DNA of 64,000 nucleotides. Origin: Amoeboaphelidium protococcarum X5 (taxonomy: Eukaryota; Fungi; Aphelidiomycota). The notes beneath the pieces are model-generated. The model saw nothing but the letters and a program-made list of their open reading frames with translations, was not told the origin of the DNA and did no database searches. Positions 54,982 to 64,000 of the stretch are shown one piece after another (positions within the stretch are counted from its first letter, which is position 1; each line of letters opens with the position of its first letter). The stretch spans positions 176,442-240,441 of the forward strand of contig JALDTO010000206.1 of NCBI GenBank assembly GCA_023515725.1. Direction: 5' to 3'. The position numbers and the translations under genes were made by a program.

Positions 54982-56082
54982 TCATTTATTTTACAATTTC
55001 CATAATTTAATCGATCCATCATCAGAGCAAGTTGAGAAGATCGGATCTTTCGGGTGCCACTTGACGCAATTTATATCACTCGAGTGAGCATTTGGGATTG
55101 ATGAAAAAAGTTCTAGATTTCCTTAATCAGCCGCAATTTTATACAAGTTAATAGCATCATCACCACCTACTGATACAACATAATCGCCTTTCCACGCCAC
55201 ATCAAACACTGGTTGTGAGTGGGCATCGTTGAGTACTTGCAATACAGACCATTCATCAGTCCCCGCATCCCAAGACCATAAGATTATACTTCCATCAGCC
55301 GAACATGTTACCATCCTAGATCCATCTGCATTGAAATCAATAGACCATACAGTTCCGGTATGTACGGTCAGAATCTAATGACAATACCAATCATCACCTC
55401 CTGACGCGTCCTCTTTCCAAACTCGGATAGTGTCGTCATACGATGCACTAAATAAAATCTCCCTTGATGGATGCCATTTGACGCGCTTAACGTCCCCGGT
55501 ATGCTCCTGCAATATGGCGATACATTCATAATCAGTCTCAATGGCACGACCACTGTGATCATCATCATCTTCATCCACCCGATACTCCCATATCCATACA
55601 CTCTTATCGCGTGAGCAGGTGGCCAGTAGAGGAGCCACGGGACAGAAGTCGATACTCTTCACTTCATTCTCATGACCTTCCAGGGATGCTTCATACTCAA
55701 AAGAGAATTTACTAGTATCATAATTATTATCTTGATAATCCGCACCAGAGTCCTTCTTGATCCAGACACCGACAGAGGAATCAAATGAAGCACTCACTAG
55801 AGTATTACCAGACGGAGAAAATTCGACAGCTCTTACAGTTCGCTTATGACCATTCTAGAGCCTGTCTATTTAGGTGAGCGGCTATTGCACAATCACTTAT
55901 TATTGACTATCATCAGTGTCATCAATGCCATGGAATCTGTACAAATTAATCGCCTTGTCTGATGATGAAGACAGCAAATATTATCCATCGCGACTCCAAG
56001 ATAAGGACCACGCTGTATCCTCATGAGCATTATCTATGGTTTACACGCACGCAAGTCTGACTGTCGATGATGTCTTGGTCAT
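54982..56082 (-). CDS. CIA1: Cytosolic Fe-S assembly WD40 protein Cia1/CIAO1
   Basis: HKRTVR, SASFD, LEGHENEVKS, CSRDKSVWIWE and EHTGDVKRVKWHP. Confidence 0.93.
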
Positions 56083-56279
56083 TTCTGTGATATTTTCTTA
56101 TGAATTTTTTACTTTTGATGAAATTCTCCTTGAAGCGATAAAGAATGACTGACTTACTGATCACTGAAGGTCGCGCGCGTCTCTTCCCTAGACAAGTCGC
56201 GTTTATTCTACTTTAATCATCCCATCAATCAATTTGAATAAAGAATATTTGAGTGACTTTTAAAGTAGCTTAATACAAA

Positions 56280-56962
56280 ATGGTTACAACGTAAGATTAA
56301 TAATGTACCTTCTATTAATATGTTATCGCTGTCATATTTCAAAATCGAGTGTGTGTAGAGAAACGATTTATCCAGAAGTGCTGTGGGCTCAGAGAGAAGA
56401 TGTGCTCTACATGTCCATCAATGTGCCTGACCTGCGCGATGAAGTTGTGGAGCTGAAGGAGGATTCATTCAAATTTGAAGGCTATAGTGGTCAGGCGGAT
56501 GCGAAGAATGGACAAAAGAATCAGGTTGAATTCTAATTCTGCAAAGCGGTGGTGCCGGAAGAATCCAAGCAGGCCAAGACTGCGCGTCAACTATCTTTTA
56601 TCATCAAGAAGAAGGACTCTGGTCCGTACTGGTCCAATCTGATCTCCCTACCTGCCGGTTAGAAGAAGCCTCACTGGCTCAAGACTGATTTCAGCAAGTG
56701 GAAGGATGAAGACGATGAAGGGGATGATGAAGAGGCGCCAACCATGGGCCGCGATCCATTCGGTACCGGTATGGACTTTAGTCAATTGGCCGGTATGGGA
56801 GGATTAGGTGGTGCTGGTATGGACTTTTCCAGTCTTGGCGGTGCTGGTATGGGTGGCGGTGATTACAGCGATGACGATGAGGAAGATCTGGATGAAGGTC
56901 CAACTGAGAAGGACTTGCCGGAGTTGGAAGAAGTTCCGAGCGGTGAATAGGTTGAGCAATGA
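56280..56962 (+). CDS. SBA1: Hsp90 co-chaperone p23/Sba1 (intron 56291-56358)
   Basis: PEVLWAQR, WLKTDFSKWKDEDD and a GM-rich acidic tail. Confidence 0.93.
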
Positions 56963-57174
56963 ACATAAATAATAATAACAATGCAATTAAAAATATTGAA
57001 TTATTTGCTTCATCTCAACAACAAGCTTGCAAGTCGCAAGCGCGCGCTTGGTAGCTTTTCCGTATGGCCTTTTTCGCTTGTCGTTCTTAGACGATTTGAG
57101 TCGTGTTCATCTCAAATCTTTATCTCTTTCGCTTGAATATAATTTATTTAGCCAAGTTATATAATAAAATTTAA

Positions 57175-57724
57175 ATGTCTTTAGTAGCAACAGACTTTTG
57201 TCCAGTGTACGCTCCATTCTTCTCTGCATTGGGCGCTGCTTCTGCTGTCGCTTTTACCAGTAAGCAATAATTATAGAGTCAGTAAGTATATTGATTTTTT
57301 AAATAACTTTGTAGGCTTTGGAGCTGCTTATGGAACCGCTAAATCTGGAGTAGGTATTGTCGCTATGGGTGTCATGCGCCCTGACTTGATTATGAAGAGC
57401 GCAGTTCCCGTGGTCATGGCTGGTATTCTGGCCATTTACGGTTTGGTGGTGGGAGTTCTGATTACGAATAATGCCAACTAGTAGATGTCTCTCTTCACTG
57501 GCTTTCTACAGCTGGGCGCCGGTCTCTCTGTCGGTTTATCTGGACTCGCCGCCGGTATTGCTGTCGGTGTAGTGGGTGACGCTGGTGTCAGAGGCTCTGC
57601 TCAGTAGCAGCGTGTGTTTGTCGGCATGATTCTGATTCTGATTTTCGCTGAAGTGCTCGGCTTGTACGGCTTGATCGTCAGTCTGATTCTTCACACTAAA
57701 TCTGGTGATAGTAAGTGTACTTGA
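57175..57724 (+). CDS. VMA3: V-ATPase V0 proteolipid subunit c (intron 57260-57314)
   Basis: [22 protein letters not shown] and [13 protein letters not shown]. Confidence 0.93.
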
Positions 57725-57859
57725 GTATTATTTACATCTAACTGCTGGTAGTGGTGAGTATATGAAAATAGTAAAGAATGAAGTCTTGCATTTTTATGAT
57801 TTTAATCTAATGATTTTTTCATGATACTTTATCACTGTTCCTCATAGAGCGACATTCAA

Positions 57860-58321
57860 TCAAAATCCAGCAGCAGTTGCCCACATTCTTATAGTCTTGG
57901 ACACGTTTCCTTTGACGATTACGTGGTTGGTGTTTGGATTGATGTCCACATGATCATGAGGCATCACCTTTAGAAGCATCTCTCGCAGAGCACTCACATC
58001 TCCTTCCACCCGCCTTACCACTGTCTACACTCTATTCCTTCCATTCTTGTACTCTGTATAAACGGGCAGATGTCCATTAATGGTTCTCTTTATCTCGAAT
58101 GGCAACTACTCCCGAGGCTTAAGCGCGTCTTGCGGTATCTCGATTGGCTAGAAATATCTCTTCACATTATCACGGCCTAGTACGAATGGTCGATGTCTAT
58201 CGCGTATTCTCCGATACTGCTCTTCAGTCAGTGGTTCCTTGGTGTTACCTTTCCATACAGTAGATTTATTACGCGCACTCTTGGATGCGACACCTCTCAG
58301 CTACTAAATTAGTTTAATCAT
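57860..58321 (-). CDS. IMG2: Mitochondrial ribosomal protein L49/Img2 (alternative in-frame ATG at 58342)
   Basis: PFEIKRTINGHLPVY...TVVRRVEGD...VKG...GF-stop. Confidence 0.85.
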
Positions 58322-58833
58322 ATTTAGAGATGTATCGCGCATAGAATTTAGTGCAGAGATATCAAGAAGATTAAGAGGAGCGAGAGCAGCGAAATTAGAT
58401 ACTATAACGGTTGGATTTCTTTATGGTGATAATCTTCTTTAATAGCACACAATTTACTATTACTATCAACGTTCAAATGAGAAGATTGATTTTAGAGTAA
58501 AAGAGATAAATTTGATCTAGCTACTATACAAAGAACATTGATCAAGAGTGGAACACATTATAAGTGTCACCGGCATCTCACCAAACTGAATCGACCTAAA
58601 TTTTGTAGATGTAAACTTTTACATGCGAATTAAATGCATGTACTATCATTTCAAAAATATTTTCTGATTAAACTAGTAAATGTTTCCAGTATTGATGAAA
58701 TGATGATGTCCCGGCATTTAGCCAAAACGGGCGTTAAACAATCGTTGCCATAAAATCTCCTTGAGGGGTACTCAATCCCTCTTTCGATAATTTGCTAGAT
58801 TCTACTAACGTGTAACTAAATTATATACTGGAA

Positions 58834-59802
58834 ATGAGGCTCATATTATCATCTTAGAGGTGGCTATTAGTCGTCTGGCTTGAATTTGCTATATGTTGGG
58901 CTCTCTGGAATGATCCACGGACGCGTCTTAGTGTATATATGCCGCGGGTGTACTCTGTGCGATCATCCGATGATATGAATGAGTCAGTGGCGTCTGCGCC
59001 CACTTTAGCCTCCACCAGGCACAGTGTGGATGGTAGCCTTAGTGACTATAAATATCTCGAGCTGAAGGCACTCTCGCAGCATTTAAAGTCGGGGGAGTTT
59101 GGTACATTCTGTGTACGTTATAACGATGTCCGCCTGACGCGTCAGGTGCATCCTCACTTTGAACTATATGTGCAGCGAACAGATAGATAGGGAAGATTTA
59201 ACTTGTTTAAGACATTGCATGTTGAAAGCGTAACTCCTGTATCACAGATTCTGAAATAAGAAATGATATTTGATCCAAATGTACTAAAGTCTTTGCTTAA
59301 TCACAAGAACTAGAAGCTGCAGTATGAATACCGATATAGCCTGAATAAATATCGTCAGGCTCAAGAGTGCTAAAAGTACTTTGATTAGACTGATGACTTG
59401 ATTAGAAAGACGAAGTCCTCTAGCGTCCCTCTAATGGTGTCTTTCTAAATCCCCCTCTCTCTAGGTAAGCGGGAAGCTGGGTTTCCCGTGTTGTTAAATT
59501 ACCGATTCATCTTTGGCTACACGGGACTGATGAGAGTGCTGACATTCTCGCGAAAGTTTGCAATCGCAGAGTCTTACGTCTCAATGGGTAGGGATGGTGT
59601 TTATAACAATCATGAGTCATTCACTATAAAGACTAACCCGATCAACAGGCGATTGCACAAGTAATAGCGCAAAGCTGATCAGATGAGCATTTCATCATAA
59701 ACGCGTCCTATTAAACTGGGGCGTGATGGCTCTGATGAAGAGCGTGTTATTGAGTTGCTACAGCCAGATGATAATGATTTTGTCATTGACCTGAATCAAT
59801 GA
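58834..59802 (+). CDS. Hypothetical protein (322 aa) with a signal-peptide-like N-terminus
   Basis: MRLILSSQRWLLVVWLEFAICWA...; frame open to TGA with TAR=Gln; no family recognised. Confidence 0.6.
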
Positions 59803-59920
59803 AATGTTACAATAACGATAGTCTTTCTGATCATAGTTTTTAAATTGTGTGCGCGGTTTTATTCACAACTGTACTTTATCAAAGTTTTCCCATTGTTATT
59901 TTATAGCTCCTGCTAATACA

Positions 59921-60850
59921 ATGACATCATAAAATCATATAGACTTGAAAGGATTTAGTTCGTTCTTGTAATAGAATAGATTGTCAAAAGAACAGTCCGA
60001 GCTATTGCTGTAAGAGTAAAGTAAAGTCTTATTGCTGACTCACGATCCGCAGTGGAAATAGTACTTGGAGGAGAGTAGTCGATTTTAAACTGCTTTCGGT
60101 CTTAATCAGTATGGAGTTCAAGTCGGTGATCCTCAGCCTTATTCTCTTACGAAGAGGTCTTCGTCAAAAGCTGCTCTTAATTCTACCACTGCTCCAAATG
60201 ACGGAGATATCAACAACAAAGCTGAAGAGGATGATGAAGCTTAAGCATAAGATAAGACACATCAACCAACTTTTACGCGGAAATTGGTCGAGCCTCGCAT
60301 AAAGAAAGTGCGCAAGGTGGAGCCTGAGGCTGATGGCTCCTATTAGTTCAAGGCCAAGTTTGGATATTTGAGACTGGTTGATCTCGGACAGATCGAGTAT
60401 GAAGATTAGAGTTTTCACACGGATCGATACATATTCCCACTCAATTACAAGGTTGTGAGAGAGTTTTAGAGTATAGTTGATCCTGCGATTGATAAAGTTT
60501 GGTACGAGGCTACCATATCTAAAGGTGAAGCGGGAATCTTGGTAGGATTAAATTTTATATCTCTTATTCTCATTCATCGTGTAACGCGTATACGTTATAT
60601 GCGCATGAGTTTGTAGTTTCAAGTCAAAAGCTTGGAAACTGGGCAAGTATTTGATGGAAGATCCAGTAGCGGTGCTTGGGCCAAGGTGGTTCAGGCTGTG
60701 TGCACACTGAGAGACAGGCCAATTCCTAATGCCATTCAAGGCCCAGATCTTTACGGGTTCACTATTCCAGAGATTGCGTAAATGATCTAAAACTTACCCA
60801 ACGCTGAAATGTGCAAGGCGTATCACTCTCAGACTTTCATAGAGAAATGA
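59921..60850 (+). CDS. FYRN-FYRC domain protein, TBRG1-like (intron 60542-60616)
   Basis: LRLVDLGQI...FHTDRYIFPLNYKVVR, SSSGAWAKV and GPDLYGF...IQNLPNAEMC. Confidence 0.8.
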
Positions 60851-60965
60851 TTGATTAAAAGGACAAGATTGTGAATGGTAGAATTTAATTGATAACTTTA
60901 CATTGCTATTAGTTCTCAATAAATTTTATTTTACTACATTTATAATCATTCGTAGATACAGTAGA

Positions 60966-61790
60966 TCATTCCCATTCAAGAGGATTCCAGCAAGTGACCA
61001 AATTCTCATCCCAGCTGTTCATCTCATCCAAATCCTCTGGCTTCAGCTTGAAGTCCATCACATTGAAGTTCTCTTCGATACGACTCTCATTTACAGATTT
61101 AGGAATGACCACAAAGTTCATCTCAATACACCACTTGATCAACATTTGACCATTTGACTTGCCATACTTGTTTGCCATCTTGGTCAACTTCTCATCCCTG
61201 ATCTTCTTGCCGTGTGTCAAAGGACTATACGCTTCAATGACAATCTTCTTTTCGTTGCAGAAATCAACCAACTCTTTACGCGTCTTATACAGATAAGGGT
61301 GCATTTCAATCTGATTAATCACAGGCAACTCTAATCCAGCCTTTTCAATTTCTTTCAGATGGTGAATGTTGTAATTGCTCACCCCGATCGACTTGATCAA
61401 ACCTTCCTTCTTCAACTGCACCAGGGCTTTCCAAGACTCCAGACGTGGACCAACTTGAGGACTATGAATTAGGTACAAGTCAACATAGTCCAGGCCAAGC
61501 TTCTTCAAACTGGTCTTGAATGCAGTTCTGGCAGAATCGATATCCTTCTGACCAGAAGTCGCCAACTTTGTTGTAACAAAGATCTCTTCGCGCGGAATCT
61601 TGCTGTCCGCAATAGCACGGCCAACATCTTCTTCATTCTCATACGCAGCAGCAGTGTCAATATGACGATAACCAACTTTAAGTGCATGCAGGACTGCTTT
61701 GTAGGCCTCGCCCTGACTGGCCTTCCAAACACCGAGGCCAATCACTGGAATAGTGTTACCATCATGAAACTAGATTTGTCCCTATGTCAT
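60966..61790 (-). CDS. Aldo/keto reductase
   Basis: GYRHIDTA..Y, IFVTTK, DLYLIHSP, SIGVSN, NQIEMHP and IPKS. Confidence 0.95.
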
Positions 61791-61948
61791 ATTATATACT
61801 TCAACTAATACTAAAATCCAAATAATTATTGAACAAAACGATATTAAAAATAAAAGATAGAGATTTCGTTCAATGTGGAAAGGTTGAATATCACGCAATT
61901 GTTCGTCATCACGTAATCAACAATTATTTAATCATTTCCCTAATTTGA

Positions 61949-63020
61949 TTATTCATCCATATAATCACAGATGGTGTTTAAGGATCGTATAATCACTGAG
62001 ATGGGAAGGAAACAAGTGGTATCTGCTAGATAAAATATAGATAAATGTGGTAAGACATTTATTAATCGTTCTGCATAAAGCACAGCAGGTATATGGTTTC
62101 TAACACGCAAGGCTATTATATAAGTTATATCTGACAATTTAAAGAAACTTAGATTGCAGAGAAGTAAAATAATTTAAATTAATTCTTATCAGGCAATTAC
62201 AGCCCTAAACCATTCTAATACGGATCTTCTTTGATACAGCCTCTTTGTATCTCTCTCTTAACTCGACTATCAGATGTAATTTAAAGTCAACCTTCATCAA
62301 ACCGGACAATTGATGTTGATCTATATCAGATTTTAAGCTCTATTGCGTTTTTCGAGACTTAGCATTGGCTATGATACGTAAATTAACGTCATGGCTCCCT
62401 TCAATCCTATCTGCAACAATTATTACACGTTTCTCCAGCAGTAAAGTGACTTTCCAACCTAAGTTTTAGAATATTTCAGGATCGCGGATAGACGAGCCCG
62501 ACTAAGAGCCAACCATGATCAATTCGAATTCTGATAACTCAATTAGGGAGAGCTTTTGAGCCAGATTCTCTAGCTATTTTATGATATTAGTATCGATCTA
62601 ATCAAAAGCATCAACAATAAATCGTAGACGATTATGCTTTATCCAATCCACTAAGAGTTAGTTCAATACGTGAAAGTCTACATCTTTACCACTTTATGCA
62701 TTTTTTATCAACTCGAATGCCTTATACTTGAAAGACTAAGTTTTACACCATTATACCACATGCTCTTGCCTGGAAATCAGTCCACTACTCGATGACATTC
62801 GATATCCAGAATACTAATAGCAAAATGCCCTGCAACGTTGAAAATAATGCATCGCGTCCTCTGTGGGTATCCATTCAGGTCGCTGATCAAGGAATGGGTA
62901 TATAAGACTACCTGTGTCTGGTGAATTCTTGGCAGTACCGTTCCCTCCTCAGTATCAGATCCATGGCAAATAAGACGAAGCGTAAGAATCTAAATCAATA
63001 CATCTATAGAATAAGTCTCA
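61949..63020 (-). pseudogene. Frameshifted copy 2 of the signal-peptide family (homologous to the 5' half of 46277-48019)
   Basis: DTEEG..LPRI, PEW.PTED.MHYFQR and FHVLN.L..DWI.HNRLR align with copy 1. Frameshifts near 62920 and 62340; no in-frame ATG; 3' truncated. End points approximate. Confidence 0.7.
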
Positions 63021-63506
63021 CATTTCTTGAACCAGTATCAACCAAGATTTAATTATCAATGATACTGAAATAGAAAGTATATTGTTAGATTAAACTGATG
63101 TTTCACGTTTTCACCAAGGGGGTGACGTTATTTGTAACGCGTCAGTAAAAGCACATTATTGGCATTTAGCCACATAATGCAAAGATGAAACCAAGAAGGT
63201 AAAATATGTATTTCGATAGTACTGACTTTATTCTCAACTGAGAAGAATGAATTTTTCACACTTCAACCTAAGCCACTCGGATCAGTGACCCCTGAACCGA
63301 CAACCGATGCTCTGGAACACCAACCTTCACATATACTGCATATGACAATAATGACAAAATATGTAAGTAATCCGTAAAGCTGAAGATGTGTCAATTCAAA
63401 GATAAAGTATCATGAAAAATATCTTTTATTCTATAAACTCTATCCCATTCTTCTATAGTGTCCATAACAGCTGGTAATCACCGATCACAGGCCAAGTAGT
63501 TGAATA

Positions 63507-64000
63507 TCAAAAATTCGATCCCCACCACTACCAAGATCGTGTTAACCATTGACTAAATTGGCTTTTAGGAAGATTTTCACGTACACTTTCATCAACATTA
63601 GTCTATGACATTTCCGGGGAAGCGTCATCTATAGCCTCTGGAATCCCATTGGGCAACTTCAGAATCTCTGATTGCAAAAACAAGGCGTCTTTCGCATTGC
63701 CAATTAACAATACTGATTATTTGGCAATAAGAGTCCCAACTTTAGCCTCTGGTACGTATGATAATGCCAGGAGCTCAAAATGATTGGGGATATTCAACTC
63801 TTCAACCATTTCAGATAAATTTAATTCCATCAATTACTACCAAAGGTGTTCGAATAGAATAATAAGCTCTACACGTCTAAAGGGGCCCAACAAAATTGAT
63901 CTTAGCAAATCCACCAAATATTTAACGTGCACCTAGTATACCCCAAATACTATTTTGAAGTCTTGAATTAGATGCAGATGTCTTTAGTGTTCTTCGAGCA
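63507..64000 (-). CDS. Copy 3 of the signal-peptide family (3' part; 5' end lies beyond the window)
   Basis: Collinear with 46277-46770, e.g. LPNGIPEA.DDASPEMSQT; open frame; TGA at the same position as in copy 1. Confidence 0.75.

Overview
Gene-dense eukaryotic nuclear DNA with a fungal-like gene set and short spliceosomal introns. It uses a non-standard genetic code: TAA and TAG encode Gln and TGA is the only stop (translation table 6). Invariant glutamines of ARF1, ARL2, methylmalonyl-CoA mutase, MRI1 and a GH15 hydrolase are encoded by TAA/TAG, and every host gene I traced to its end stops at TGA. The supplied ORF track therefore shows only fragments. A fungal-relative gene set with this code matches the aphelid Amoeboaphelidium protococcarum (inference, not verified). 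Re-translated by hand, the window holds about 35 protein genes, mostly housekeeping. The left end (about 0.7-6.4 kb) is a mobile-element region: a truncated rve integrase and neighbouring ORF fragments that appear to use the STANDARD code sit next to an intact 1187-aa Dada-like DDE transposase carrying about 45 TAA/TAG Gln codons. Other notable observations: all 26 introns I could model end in TGTAG; a three-member family of signal-peptide proteins has an F-box-like motif (candidate secreted effectors, one pseudogenised); there is an intronless PD-(D/E)xK nuclease-like gene; and a polyQ tract is written entirely in TAA/TAG. All coordinates and family assignments come from manual reading, without database searches.
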